In this document: positions 30,951-42,303 of the stretch, in pieces
How positions within the stretch are numbered: position 1 is the first letter of the stretch
Layout of the letters: each line of letters opens with the position of its first letter
Source of the DNA: Corallochytrium limacisporum Hawaii
Lineage: Eukaryota > Protista > Pluriformea
Direction of reading: 5' to 3'
DNA length: 64,000 bases
Assembly: GCA_002811645.1 (NCBI GenBank)
Contig: PDIP01000022.1
Span: 89,375 to 153,374 of the forward strand
Notes under the pieces: model-generated
Databases searched by the model: none
What the model was told of the DNA's origin: nothing
Seen by the model: only the letters and a program-made list of their open reading frames with translations
Translations under genes and position numbers: made by a program

Positions 30951-33900
30951 ATGACGTCGCCGACCAAGACGTACAGTGTCCTCACCAGGAACGACTCGTT
31001 GGTTGTGCGGCACAATGACCGACTGGATTCGCTCGTCTTTACCACCCATGGTGTAAGCAAATACACTGTGGACGACACATCCATCATCCAGGAGGAGAGT
31101 ACGTCCCTATTGGACTGTTCATACGTGCTGGGTCTCTTGGATCTGCGCAACAGTAACCTACTTTCCGTGTCTGGCCAGTATGTGAATGAATATCTTGTGG
31201 TGGTCACATTTGCATCGACCATGTTCAACGGTGTTAGCGAAGGCATCGGCCTCGACGGACACGACGCCATCTTTTTCGGCGTCCGTAAAGTTGCGCTCGT
31301 GCCGATCGGTCACCGCCGGCCTCAGGTCCTCGATGGGCCGCGTCTGAGTGCACTGTCCCGGGACCGCAGCGGCGGTGGTATGAACGACTCCCAGCCACAA
31401 TCATCGTTACAACAGTCACCGTCACAATCACGAGCACCACTAAACAGCAATGGGCCATACGCAGGTGAGACCCCAGCAGACTCAGCCGATCGGTTCTCAG
31501 TTCCGCCGGAATACGTGAGCTTGTTAAAGAATGTGGTTAAGCTGCTGGAGGATGGGAGTTTCTATTTTGCAAGCGGGTACGACCTAAGCCACCGCATGGA
31601 ACGCCAGCCGAACGCGGTGGAGGCCGAGCAACATAACTACGCTCTAAGCCACGACGCCCGGTTCTTATGGAACGAAAGTCTGGTGGAACCATTGCGTGAT
31701 ACAGGACTGGACGTCAGCCCGTGGACAGTGCGGTTGATACGCGGGCACTTGGCGTACGCCAAACTGTTTTTGGGAGACTCACAGCTGCACATCATGTTGA
31801 TTTCACGCCTGAGCGGGGGACGGGCTGGTCGACGGTTCCAGACGCGCGGTGTCGATGACGATGGCAACGTGGCCAATTACGTGGAAACGGAGGTCATTCT
31901 GTACACAGATGAGTTTACCACAGCCATGGTTCAGGTGCGCGGGTCCGTGCCGCTCTTTTGGGAACAAACCGGTCTGCAGCTCGGGGCCCACAAAGTAAAA
32001 TTTCCTCGCACCGACGAGGCATCGGCCCCGGCGTTTCAAAAGCACGTCGACCGTATGCTCGAGGATTTTGAGAAATTATATATTTTGAACTTGTTAGGCA
32101 GTTCCAAGGAGGGTGAGAAACTATTGACAGACAAGTTTGAGTTCGCAGTCAAGAACTTCGGGCGGCAAAATGACCTCATATACCAATGGTTTGACATGCA
32201 TTCCAAGACCAAAGGCGGCAGGTACGACGACGGTGTGCGGCAAATGATTGAAAAGGTGGGCAGCCAGTTACACGACTATGGCTTCTACGTGAGCCACTAC
32301 GGCAGTCCGCTTCGTTTCCAGTTGGGGGTGGTGCGAACCAACTGCCTCGACTGTTTGGACCGCACTAACATGGCCATGTCGTACATGAGCTTTGAAATGT
32401 TGTCAGAAATGATGATCACCGTGGGTGTCACGGAGGAGCGGTACCTGCACCAGGTGCGTGAGAAAATGAAGCAAATGTGGGGTCTCAACGGTGACCGGCT
32501 GTCTATAATTTACGCTGGAACGGGAGCCATGCGTGCTGACGTGACAGCCAAGGGCAAACGGACGTACACCGGCCGTCTGCAGGACTTTGCCAAAAGCGCG
32601 ACTCGTTTGGTGCAGAACAATCTGGGTGATCGCAAGGTACAGGACACTATTGACTTGTTATTGGGCAAGGCGAAGGAGAAGGATGATTTGATGATTGCCG
32701 GAGGCGGCGGCGGTTCTGAGGATTCACGTAGTATGGCCGACGCGCCCTCCTTTGGTGGCGCCGCGCCCGGTTCAGATTTGAATTCGGTTTCGTCCGGCTT
32801 AGATATGGGTTCGCTGAGTTTGCTCGACGCTGGCGGTGCTGGCGGCGTCACTGCCTCCCCCACGAAAACGAGTAGCGCATTTCCAACTACCCAGTCATCG
32901 TCGTCACCGATTCCCCCACCAACGCAGTCCACTGGTGTCAATCTAATGGTACAGACGCTAAACGCACAGCTGCAGAGCAAACTGGCTGAATACGAACACG
33001 AATTCAGCCAGTACCAGGACGTTATTGTTCATATTGGCACCTGGAATGTCAATGGAGGCAAAAACTATGGCGCTGAAGACATGCTCCCTTGGCTGCACTG
33101 CATGGTCGAGAATAGCCTGCAGCAATCCGATATGGGATCGGATGACCCCGGCTGGTCCAGCAACGGTAGCAGCCGTGGCGTCCTTCCGCATGTGTATGTG
33201 ATTGGCTTTCAGGAACTGGTAGATTTGACTGCAGGCAACATGATGGCCGCGGATGCACAGAATCGCAACATGTGGGAGCAGGAGCTGGTCCAGGCCATGA
33301 ACAAGCTGGGTGAAGTTGATCAGGCGCATCGCGCAAATTTGAGCAGCACAGCATCGGCGCAGATTCAGGCTGATCCATACGTGTTGGTGCGGTCAGAGCA
33401 GCTAGTTGGCGTGGGTCTCTTTGTGTTTGTCAAGCGTTCATATACGGCACATGTGCGGGACATGGTCGTGTCTAAAGTCAAAGTCGGAATGCATGGCCTG
33501 GTAGGCAACAAAGGAGGCGTTGCGTGTCGCATGCGACTCTTTGACACTCGAATCTGCTTTATCACGGCACATTTGGCGGCAGGCCAGTCTAATGTTCATG
33601 ACCGCAACGAAGATTTTCATGATATTATGAAGCAATTGAGATTCGGTAAGGGGCGGAGGGTCGCGGGCCACGACATGATCTTTTGGTTTGGCGATTTCAA
33701 CTACCGTATCGACAATACGCCCATTGATGAGGTCAAAGAATTGATCAAGACCCAGGAATGGACCACGCTGTGGGCACATGACCAACTACGCACGTCACGT
33801 TCGGCGAAGAAGGCGTTCGTGGGTTTCCAAGAAGGGGCATTGACCTTTGCTCCAACTTACAAATATGACATTGGCACGCAGACGTATGATACTTCGGAGA

Positions 33901-35234
33901 AGCAGCGCATTCCGGCGTGGACGGACCGCGTGCTTTGGCAAGGCAAGGGGGTGCGCCAGCTGCTCTACAATCGCGCCGAGCTAGTGAGCAGCGATCATCG
34001 ACCCGTCATGGCCGTTTTCAATGTCTCCTGCCGCATTGTTGACCAGCGCCGTTACAACGAAGTCAAGCAGCGAGTTGCACGCCAACTCGAGGAGGACGCA
34101 CTCGCTGTGACACTCAAGCCAATTGCGCCTGAGGTACAGGAAAATACCGTGCTCGAGTTGTTGCAAGCCCATGGCATTGGCATTACAGGGATAAAGATCT
34201 TGGGCGGACGGGCTGAACTGCGCGTGCCGTCGCGGGTCCATGCGAAGCTCATCTTGGAGCTGAGTCAGCAACAGCCGACCACACCTGGATCCGCGTGGCC
34301 TGGGGATCCCGCAACCGCTTCTGGCGCCGGATTGGAGTTGGCTGGATTCCCGCTCGAGGCAATGGTGAAGGATAGCGAGGGCCAAGCTGTCGATCTTTCG
34401 GACGTTCAGTTGGAATCATCATCCTGGCCGGTCGGTAACGGGAAGTTAGTCGGCGACGGAGACACTACCACGATGCATTCCATGGTGTCACTCGAAGTGG
34501 GCACGGGATATGGAGGTTCTCCTGGAGCAGCATCACCCGTCATGCCACCCTCGCGTCCAATCAATCCGAAACGACTCTCTGCACTTACTGCTACAGGTGG
34601 TAGCGCTGCTGGGGTCGGCGGCGGTGGCGACAATGCGTCGCTGTACTCATTTGATTCCGGCGCCGGCGCCGACAACCGCAGCGATTTTGATCCCTTCGAG
34701 GAGTATGACCGCTCGCAGCAACCCCAGCAGCCTGCGTTGGGCAGCGGCAGCGCGGGTATTGGCTCGCCCCCCCGTCCTTCTCCACCACCGCAGGCGCAAT
34801 CTCCGCCGGAGTCGCGGCCTGGACCGAACCGACCAGCCCTCCCGCCGCCGATGCCGCCACAGCGACCGCAGTCCCAGCCCCCAATACCGCCTCGTCGACC
34901 AGAGATGCCGCCTACGGGTAATGTCTTTATTCAGCAGTCGCTATCCCCACAGTCGTCGCCGCGGGGCTGGCCACCAAAGCCACCAGCCCAGCATCAGCAG
35001 CAACTACCACCACAGCTGCAGCCACAGCAACCACAGTACAGTGAAGTTGACCAATTGCTGGGAAGCATTGACCAAGAGCTTCCGCAGCATCGGTCGGCGC
35101 CTGCTGCACCGATTGCGGCACCCCGGCGCGTGCCCCCGCCTTTGCCAGGGAATCATCCTAATCGGCCCCCGTCTTCCGTACCCACTAGGCCGCCCCGGCG
35201 CATTCCGAGACCCGGCGAGCAGCAGCCACGTTGA
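30951..35234 (+). CDS. SYNJ: Synaptojanin (SAC1 domain, inositol 5-phosphatase, Pro-rich tail)
   Basis: SAC1: RGVDDDGNVANYVETE, RGSVPLFW, RTNCLDCLDRTN. 5-phosphatase: GTWNVNG, GFQE, GNKGGV, WFGDFNYRI, PAWTDRVLW, SDHRPV. Pro-rich C-terminus with a DPF motif. Confidence 0.97.
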   Translation: MTSPTKTYSVLTRNDSLVVRHNDRLDSLVFTTHGVSKYTVDDTSIIQEESTSLLDCSYVLGLLDLRNSNLLSVSGQYVNEYLVVVTFASTMFNGVSEGIGLDGHDAIFFGVRKVALVPIGHRRPQVLDGPRLSALSRDRSGGGMNDSQPQSSLQQSPSQSRAPLNSNGPYAGETPADSADRFSVPPEYVSLLKNVVKLLEDGSFYFASGYDLSHRMERQPNAVEAEQHNYALSHDARFLWNESLVEPLRDTGLDVSPWTVRLIRGHLAYAKLFLGDSQLHIMLISRLSGGRAGRRFQTRGVDDDGNVANYVETEVILYTDEFTTAMVQVRGSVPLFWEQTGLQLGAHKVKFPRTDEASAPAFQKHVDRMLEDFEKLYILNLLGSSKEGEKLLTDKFEFAVKNFGRQNDLIYQWFDMHSKTKGGRYDDGVRQMIEKVGSQLHDYGFYVSHYGSPLRFQLGVVRTNCLDCLDRTNMAMSYMSFEMLSEMMITVGVTEERYLHQVREKMKQMWGLNGDRLSIIYAGTGAMRADVTAKGKRTYTGRLQDFAKSATRLVQNNLGDRKVQDTIDLLLGKAKEKDDLMIAGGGGGSEDSRSMADAPSFGGAAPGSDLNSVSSGLDMGSLSLLDAGGAGGVTASPTKTSSAFPTTQSSSSPIPPPTQSTGVNLMVQTLNAQLQSKLAEYEHEFSQYQDVIVHIGTWNVNGGKNYGAEDMLPWLHCMVENSLQQSDMGSDDPGWSSNGSSRGVLPHVYVIGFQELVDLTAGNMMAADAQNRNMWEQELVQAMNKLGEVDQAHRANLSSTASAQIQADPYVLVRSEQLVGVGLFVFVKRSYTAHVRDMVVSKVKVGMHGLVGNKGGVACRMRLFDTRICFITAHLAAGQSNVHDRNEDFHDIMKQLRFGKGRRVAGHDMIFWFGDFNYRIDNTPIDEVKELIKTQEWTTLWAHDQLRTSRSAKKAFVGFQEGALTFAPTYKYDIGTQTYDTSEKQRIPAWTDRVLWQGKGVRQLLYNRAELVSSDHRPVMAVFNVSCRIVDQRRYNEVKQRVARQLEEDALAVTLKPIAPEVQENTVLELLQAHGIGITGIKILGGRAELRVPSRVHAKLILELSQQQPTTPGSAWPGDPATASGAGLELAGFPLEAMVKDSEGQAVDLSDVQLESSSWPVGNGKLVGDGDTTTMHSMVSLEVGTGYGGSPGAASPVMPPSRPINPKRLSALTATGGSAAGVGGGGDNASLYSFDSGAGADNRSDFDPFEEYDRSQQPQQPALGSGSAGIGSPPRPSPPPQAQSPPESRPGPNRPALPPPMPPQRPQSQPPIPPRRPEMPPTGNVFIQQSLSPQSSPRGWPPKPPAQHQQQLPPQLQPQQPQYSEVDQLLGSIDQELPQHRSAPAAPIAAPRRVPPPLPGNHPNRPPSSVPTRPPRRIPRPGEQQPR

Positions 35235-35963
35235 AGCCGGATGCAAAATGGTGCTGGGGAAGATCCAGGATCACTTTCGTCCGTGACGGGCTATTCAGGC
35301 ACAGAACGATAATGAATAATGAACTTAGTAGTGAATCGATTTGGTCTTTGTTTTGATGCTTGATTGATGTGGTCCCAGGTTCAACGGTATGCCTTTCCAC
35401 CCCTGCGCCCGATGCATTTTATGTCACACGGTTTCCGCGGTCGTTCTGGACCGACCTCCCCTCCCCGAGCGGGGGGATCCCTTCCCGCGCGTCTGGACGA
35501 CCGTTGGGTCTCGCCGAACGGTGGCACAGCGGGCGAGCGGATTTGAGGGGCAGAGGAAGGCGTAGTGGGCACCCAAAGGAAGGGGAACCAGTTGGGCACC
35601 ATCATTGTGTCTTCGTCAATAGTGGTTTGTTTGTGTTATATTACGGGGTGCTCTCCACGACTTCTTAAGAGGGCTTAGGACTGGTGATCTACGTAGTGGT
35701 ATAACAGGATCCCGGGCATAGATTTTGTTTTTCAAAGATCTGTCGCTTTGTGTGGTGGAAATGCAACATGTAGAGAACAATTATGGGCCAGGTCCGCTAA
35801 CGAATGCTGACCCTATGGGATATAGTCATGACTCACAACTAAAACCATGAAAGCACGATAAGTGACATAGAACTACTATCAAACCATGCAGAAATGCAAA
35901 CGAGAACAGGCAAAGTGAAGAATTTAGAGCGCACAACCCGCGGATACGAAGACGCAAACAGAC

Positions 35964-38630
35964 ATGAGAGCACCACGGGGATCGATGGAGATCTTTATTC
36001 TCTCAGAATCCGGAAAACCTGTGTACGCACGATACGGTGATGCTAGTGGACAGTCTGATGTCTTTGCCCTCATATCATCCATCATGTTCACTGGAGTCGA
36101 GATCGGTGGCAGTCTTCGCTTTGTTGATGTCGAGGACCCAGACACGGTGGGTGGGGTCATGCGCACGGCGTTTCTGTTCCGGGCTGGGCTCGTCTTCGCG
36201 GCGGTGGCGCGGTCCGGGCCGATGCTTACGACCGATGATCTGCAGATCAAGAGCGATACGCAAGCCGATGCTACTGCCTCGTCAGGGGTGCTGCTGCAAT
36301 TGGCAGTACCCCGGCCGGAGCTTATGGCGAGCTACCTGCGGATTTGCTATGAAGAAATCGTCCTTACCTTGAGCGGAGCGCACATTCGCCGGACGCTAGA
36401 CCGGTCTCCTGGGTTTGACTTACGCCGCATGCTCGTCGGTAATGATCTCATTCTCAAGCGTATGCTTCAGGATGGCCATGACAGTTCCGATTTGTTGGCC
36501 CAAGATGGTATGGAGTCTAGCAACGAGGGTAGAGATGCGGGAGAAGAAACGACAGAGGGACTACCAACATCACAACCATTAGTATCGATGCAGAAACATC
36601 TGCTGCTCAACGGAGACGATGCCACTATGGTACACCGTCTGTGCCATGCAATGGCCACACCGACGGTGATACCCATGGCTGAGTTCTGGCGCACACGGAT
36701 TGTGCAGGCCATGACCGCGGCAGCAAAGGGCAAAGCCGCCGGAGGACCGGGCGATGCCTCCGGACCCCCACCACCCCCGGGAATTTATGCACAAGTCCGA
36801 GCTGCACGGTATCGATCCGCGAGGCAGGCGACGACGGCCAGCACAGGAAATTCAGACACAGACACCGAAGAAGCGTCGATACCAATGCTTCCTCGAACTC
36901 AACCACCTGACGCAGCCCCGAACCGTCTGATGCTCAGCTGTCTGTTCGTGGCTACGCAGCCGCTGGCCTGCGTTCGTGGCCGTGGGTTTGAGAGCAGCAG
37001 TGGTGGAGGACCCAGCGGTGGCAGTGGGACCGGCTCGTCCGGGAACCGGGGCAGTGGTACTAATGCTACCAGCGTCAAAGGCACAGAACCCAGCGGCGAC
37101 CGCACAGTAACAATGGAGGATCTCATGCTTGTTCTCTCCTGGATTCACGCCAATCGTTCCTTCCGCACAGGCATCGGCGGTGGTGAGATGTGGGTCCCTA
37201 TCTGCCTCCCTCGCTTTGACGACAGCGCATTTGTGCACTGCTACGTTGCGTTCATTGATGCCGAACTCAAGATTGGCCTGGTCTGCCTTAGTCCCCACCG
37301 CGACGATTTCTTTGAAGTCGCGCGCTATCGCGCGGCTTTGGAAGGTAGACTCTTCGCTGGACTACCACAGCAAATGGTCAATACGCACAATCTGCTGGAA
37401 CGAAGCCATGGCACCTATCTCCGTGCCCTCCGAAGGAACGCCTCCAGTGGAGCGCTGAACACTGTTGCGGTATCAGAAGGGGTGGAACAGACGCAGCAGA
37501 CCGAATTGACGGCTGGAACGGCAGGCGTCGTCGATGCCTCTACCACCTCTGCTGACACCCGCTCCCAGGGTACAAATAGCAACGCCAGCGCTGCGGGAAG
37601 CACAGGCAGTACAGTGGACGTGACCTGGACGCTCATGGACATTATTCTCAGCGAGCTGCAGGAAACGAATATGGTACGTCACCATCGGAACATGCTCCGC
37701 ATTCCGTTGGTCCGTCACTACGTCATCCGTCATCGCACGCTCCGGCAAATTATCGTCGCTCCGACGGCACCGCCACGCACTTTGGAACGTTCTGAGACGC
37801 TGCCGGAGGTATTGCGCTGGTATTTGGACGATGCAACCTGGCTGGAGGATGGCAAAGATGAGAGCGGGCCTGTGAGATGGCAGTCTCCGGAGGATAGTCG
37901 ACCATACGGCATGAAGGCTTCAAATCAGATATCTCAGGACAAGCCGGTGGTCTCCGGCGCTACTGGCACTACTGTCGCAGATGACAGTGCGGGCTGCAAA
38001 AAGGAGACGATGAAGAATTGTGGCATATCACAGTCTACCCCTGAAGATGAACGAGAGCTTTGCGGTGGTCATTCGCTGTCCCCCACGCTGCTCGATCTCA
38101 ACGAAGACCAAATCGCCCGCCTACACCTCCGCGTGCGCCACCTAAACTGGCAGATTGCTACAGAACGATACCTGCAGACCAGGACGCGACTCACAGGCAC
38201 AGCAGTGGAGGCCGGTGGTGACAGTGCATTCGGAGATGCGCTGCAGACCGAAGTACGACAGCGTATGGAACGTTCGTATGTCCGCGCGGAGCAGCAGGCA
38301 CATGCTCACCACAACCATTCCTCGTCATTCCGGCATAGTAGAAGTGGGAGTGGCACATCATCGACATCGGCGACAAATCCTGCCTCTAGCGCCCTTGCGA
38401 AACCGCCTGCGGTGCCAGCTTTAAAGGGACAAGGGTCGCGTACACTGAAGTTCTACGAATTACGCACGAAAGACGGTGTGACGGTCGGCGTTAGCAGTGC
38501 GCAATACGAAATCTACGCTATGTTCAGCCCAGTGGCGTCCAATACCACTATCAACAGTTCAATCAATTCCCTCGCCAAGGCCTTGGGCGAGAATGAGCGA
38601 AACCTCTTCATGTCACGTGCGGTACTTTGA
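35964..38630 (+). CDS. MON1: Vacuolar fusion protein MON1/SAND (Rab7 GEF subunit) with long low-complexity insertions
   Basis: IFILSESGKPVYARYGD, GFDLRRML, EMWVPICLPRFDDSAFVHCYV, YEIYAMFSP...NERNLF. Confidence 0.93.
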   Translation: MRAPRGSMEIFILSESGKPVYARYGDASGQSDVFALISSIMFTGVEIGGSLRFVDVEDPDTVGGVMRTAFLFRAGLVFAAVARSGPMLTTDDLQIKSDTQADATASSGVLLQLAVPRPELMASYLRICYEEIVLTLSGAHIRRTLDRSPGFDLRRMLVGNDLILKRMLQDGHDSSDLLAQDGMESSNEGRDAGEETTEGLPTSQPLVSMQKHLLLNGDDATMVHRLCHAMATPTVIPMAEFWRTRIVQAMTAAAKGKAAGGPGDASGPPPPPGIYAQVRAARYRSARQATTASTGNSDTDTEEASIPMLPRTQPPDAAPNRLMLSCLFVATQPLACVRGRGFESSSGGGPSGGSGTGSSGNRGSGTNATSVKGTEPSGDRTVTMEDLMLVLSWIHANRSFRTGIGGGEMWVPICLPRFDDSAFVHCYVAFIDAELKIGLVCLSPHRDDFFEVARYRAALEGRLFAGLPQQMVNTHNLLERSHGTYLRALRRNASSGALNTVAVSEGVEQTQQTELTAGTAGVVDASTTSADTRSQGTNSNASAAGSTGSTVDVTWTLMDIILSELQETNMVRHHRNMLRIPLVRHYVIRHRTLRQIIVAPTAPPRTLERSETLPEVLRWYLDDATWLEDGKDESGPVRWQSPEDSRPYGMKASNQISQDKPVVSGATGTTVADDSAGCKKETMKNCGISQSTPEDERELCGGHSLSPTLLDLNEDQIARLHLRVRHLNWQIATERYLQTRTRLTGTAVEAGGDSAFGDALQTEVRQRMERSYVRAEQQAHAHHNHSSSFRHSRSGSGTSSTSATNPASSALAKPPAVPALKGQGSRTLKFYELRTKDGVTVGVSSAQYEIYAMFSPVASNTTINSSINSLAKALGENERNLFMSRAVL

Positions 38631-38778
38631 TCATATTGTATTGCCAATATAAGTGTGTCCGTCCATCCCCGTTTCTACAATGTCCTCATCCTGACAACCA
38701 TATCCCCTGTTCACTAGTTGGATATTGATTTTCTTTGTACTACTATTCTTTATTGGCCACAATTTGTCGATGCATCAA

Positions 38779-39552
38779 TTAGTGCACTCCCGAATTGTCC
38801 ACGACCACATCGAGCTTAACGGTTAGTGTCTGATCAAACTTCATAGCCGGCGTCACAGGTGTTAGAGAGCACAGCGCCAATTCGCACGGGTAGCGGTTCA
38901 ATTGATGGTTCCGTGACTTGGCTGTCTGCGCCAGCGTGAACTCTGCATGAGCTTTACCCACCACTCCGTCTAAGTATATTTGAATCATTTCGTCCTCAGT
39001 ATAAACATCTCCAGAGCTCGAATCGCAGAAAAAGGACCGCTCAAATACCGAGAGGTCCGCAGCGCCTTCGTCGTTCATGGCAATTACCAGCGCTGCGTCT
39101 GAGGTTACTGTGTGCGAGGACCGACTGTCGATTGATGACGAGGATCCACCACTGTTGTCGCCATTCTGTTGTGCTGAGTCGACCCCACCGTCCGTGGTAC
39201 TGAGCTGGCGGTAACCGCTGCCGTGCGCGCTGATCGTCGCAGCGGGCAAGGATTTCTTGTCCGGAACAATGTGGTTGAGGAAATGCAACCTCTCCTGCAG
39301 TGGTATATGCCAGATTGGAGTTGACACATTAACCCGACCGTCCCCCTTAAGCACCAGGGACTGGATGGACCCGCAGTTGAGTGTAACTTCATACGTGACA
39401 TAGTAGCCCTGTGCTGATACCTGATGTAGGAACTCAGGTTGCTTGGACAGGGCTTTGTCCGTCTCCATAGATGCCAACGCATTGGTGGAAGTGAAAATGA
39501 TCAGCAATAGTGCCCATACGCACAGCGTCGTCCTGTGCAGTGGATCTGACAT
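38779..39552 (-). CDS. Hypothetical secreted protein
   Basis: 257-aa ATG ORF, N-terminal signal-peptide-like segment (LCVWALLLIIFTSTNALA), no overlap with neighbours; no family recognised. Confidence 0.7.
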   Translation of the reverse strand: MSDPLHRTTLCVWALLLIIFTSTNALASMETDKALSKQPEFLHQVSAQGYYVTYEVTLNCGSIQSLVLKGDGRVNVSTPIWHIPLQERLHFLNHIVPDKKSLPAATISAHGSGYRQLSTTDGGVDSAQQNGDNSGGSSSSIDSRSSHTVTSDAALVIAMNDEGAADLSVFERSFFCDSSSGDVYTEDEMIQIYLDGVVGKAHAEFTLAQTAKSRNHQLNRYPCELALCSLTPVTPAMKFDQTLTVKLDVVVDNSGVH

Positions 39553-39927
39553 TTCCTCGGTTTTTCTGTTGCAAAGTATCCAACGAGATCTCTGTTGTCT
39601 GTTCGTCTCACATCTGAGGCTCTGTTTGTAGTTTACGTTCTATCAACGGTACAGGTATGTTTTCTGTTGACCAAATCTACTTTCATGTACATATTCATTT
39701 TATATTTACAAATACCATTTTATTCCCTCAACTTATCACTGCACACTGCAACCTCCGTGTCATTGCTGTCACCCGGAAGCCCGGTGCCAACAACCATTGC
39801 TGCCGCTTTGTGCTCCAACAATCGTCGTGCAGTGAAAGATGCGGGTTTCTCTTCTCCCCCCTTCCCCGGGTGAGGAACGGGGGAAGTCCCCCTTGCTATA
39901 CAGCCCGCTGGGGAGGGGGGGGGGCGG

Positions 39928-39963
39928 GGAGAGAAAGGGGCCGAGTTTTTCCCCTTTCTCTCC
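39928..39963. repeat. 13-bp perfect inverted repeat (purine arm / pyrimidine arm)
   Basis: GGAGAGAAAGGGG-N10-CCCCTTTCTCTCC. Confidence 0.85.
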
Positions 39964-40745
39964 TCCTTGCTCTCTTTGCGCGGATCTAAGTTTTAGCCTT
40001 TTTTTTTTGGGGGGGGGGGCAGGTAAGTGCGGATGTGGAGACACCGCACCGGGTGCGCGTGGACCCCTCTACACCGGGGGGAGGAGTTGAGTAAAGCAAA
40101 GCAGTCGTCTCTCCCGTTTATGTGTGTGTATGTGCGGTTGGTGTGCGTAGGGATCCCATGGATATATTGTGTGCAGGACCAAGGAAGAAAATATTACCGG
40201 CCGAGGCTGATGTGGGGTGCGCTGGGGTGTTCACAGGCGTGGGCGCTCGGATATGGGGAGCTGTGACAGGTGGTATGGAAAGTATGGAGACATGCTGTGC
40301 GGTAGTTGTGTCATTGTGTGCAAAGTAAAACGCGAGCCAGGGCAGGCGTGAATAATGCGTGGTGATTCAGAAATTTTGCCGACCTGGCCTAGATGAACAG
40401 GATTGCTGGCGTGTCCAAAGCACCACCATTTTCCAATCTCCGAACTTTGGTCGTCGTGTAGCGAACGCGCCTGTGCCCAACTGGCACAACAACAGACTGC
40501 TGAAAATCGGGCGACATCCAAGGGAACGATGGGGTTGGAATTCCGTACGTAGTAATGCATGACGATGGGTATTGAATACCATCCCCATGGGAGGAAGGCG
40601 CTATTTTCGAGCAATCTCCTGCTGCTGTCCGTTTCTAATTCTAATTCTCGTCCGGGGCCTATTTTATCCGCAGCAAAAGCGGGGGCCGGTGCGGGTCGAT
40701 TTTCTGCCCTCGGACGGGTGACGACAGAGCTCGGACAGGCACACT

Positions 40746-40761
40746 CCCCCCCGGGGGGGGG
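40746..40761. promoter_or_regulatory. C7G9 tract about 320 bp upstream of SURF1
   Basis: Member of the recurrent C-run/G-run element. Confidence 0.45.
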
Positions 40762-41072
40762 CCCTCCGGCCAACGAGACCAGAGTGGCTGTTGTGGCCCC
40801 AGCTCAGCAGGTGGGTGCCGTTGTGGCTGAGAGGTGGGTTGGGCACTTACACTGTGCCCTTGTGAGGTTCGGTCAGGGAGCTGTATCTGTGTAGGTAGAA
40901 GGGTTGCCAGGTTGATCGCATGAAATCAGGATACTGTTGCTCGTTGTAAATTTTAGTGTACACTACTACGACAGCGATGATCCGGGGATAGCGCAGGTTT
41001 TGCATATCTGCTGAAGTCTTATAGAAACAGCAAGGAAGGGAACCACAATTGCACGAACCTGACACCAAGAAA

Positions 41073-41960
41073 ATGTTTAGACTGACAGTTTTCAGTTCTT
41101 TGAAGCAGAGAGTATCATCAGGTACTGCGCCACGAATGCGAAGCAAGCTGGCCTACAGGGCGTACGCCACCCGACCAGATTCGGCAGCTCAGTCAAGTGG
41201 CTCCTTTGATCCGGGCTTTGATATGGGTACCGCCGTACTATACGTGATACCATTGATCACTTTTGGTCTAGGAAGCTGGCAGATCAAGCGTCTGTTTTGG
41301 AAGCGAGAGTTGCAGGCTAACATTGATGGGAACGTGACTAAGGAACCGATCGATATTTCCAAACGATCCGATTTCGACCAACTAGGCCAGGACTATACCT
41401 TCCGTCGCGTGCGTCTGCACGGCACAATCGAGAACCAAAACGAGTACTATCTCGGGCCTCGTGCTCTGGTTGGTGATGATCGGGTCATCATGAACGCTGG
41501 TGAGCAAGGTTATCAGGTAGTCGTTCCCTTTGTGCTCAAGGATGGGACACGGATCATCCTCAACCGCGGCTGGGTGCCCATGTCAAAGATGGAGCCGGCC
41601 ACACGACCCAGTGGACAGATCGAGGATGAAACAGAGGTGGTGGCCGTGACACGTAAGGGAGAGAAAGCTAATTCGTTCGTGCCTGACAATCAGTGGGAGA
41701 ACCGTCGATTGTTCAGCATGGACGTCGATAGTTTTGCGGCCAAGAATAACACTCTACCTTTCGTTATGGATGCGGATGCGGTCTCAGCTCCTCCCGGAGG
41801 GATTCCGTACGGCAGCCAGACCAACATTAAACTCCGTGACGAGCACCTGCAGTACGTGATCACTTGGTACAGTCTGACCGGGTTCTTGCTGTACGGCCTC
41901 TACGTCTTCCGGAATCAACGCAGAGCGGCCGCGGCACTCCGAGCACCGCCGAAGTTCTGA
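41073..41960 (+). CDS. SURF1: Cytochrome c oxidase assembly protein SURF1/Shy1
   Basis: Arg/Ser-rich presequence; TFGLGSWQIKRLFWK, ILNRGWVP, LRDEHLQYVITWYSL. Confidence 0.97.
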   Translation: MFRLTVFSSLKQRVSSGTAPRMRSKLAYRAYATRPDSAAQSSGSFDPGFDMGTAVLYVIPLITFGLGSWQIKRLFWKRELQANIDGNVTKEPIDISKRSDFDQLGQDYTFRRVRLHGTIENQNEYYLGPRALVGDDRVIMNAGEQGYQVVVPFVLKDGTRIILNRGWVPMSKMEPATRPSGQIEDETEVVAVTRKGEKANSFVPDNQWENRRLFSMDVDSFAAKNNTLPFVMDADAVSAPPGGIPYGSQTNIKLRDEHLQYVITWYSLTGFLLYGLYVFRNQRRAAAALRAPPKF

Positions 41961-42303
41961 ACAGTGTTTTTGTTGAAGTTCACATCTTAATCCGTAATTA
42001 GACGCAATTCAAAAGAAACATATCCGTCTTAATGTTAAAGCTCTGTTCATGCTTGTGTCTCATGTGGAGGGCCCGCCTAGGGCCCCGCACAGCCTCCCTC
42101 CCGGACTGTTGAGCCCACCCACCCTCCCGGAGTGCCACGCGGTAGTTGGGTACTTCAGTCACGAGAGCGGCATTGGTTACACAACGCAAGTTGTTTCTTT
42201 GTATTCACCAGGCAGGAGAAGTATGTGATCTAAGAACTACTAGTCAAACTCGGGATGTACCGAAAACTCCATTATTTTGAAGTGAACACTTGAATACAGG
42301 AAT

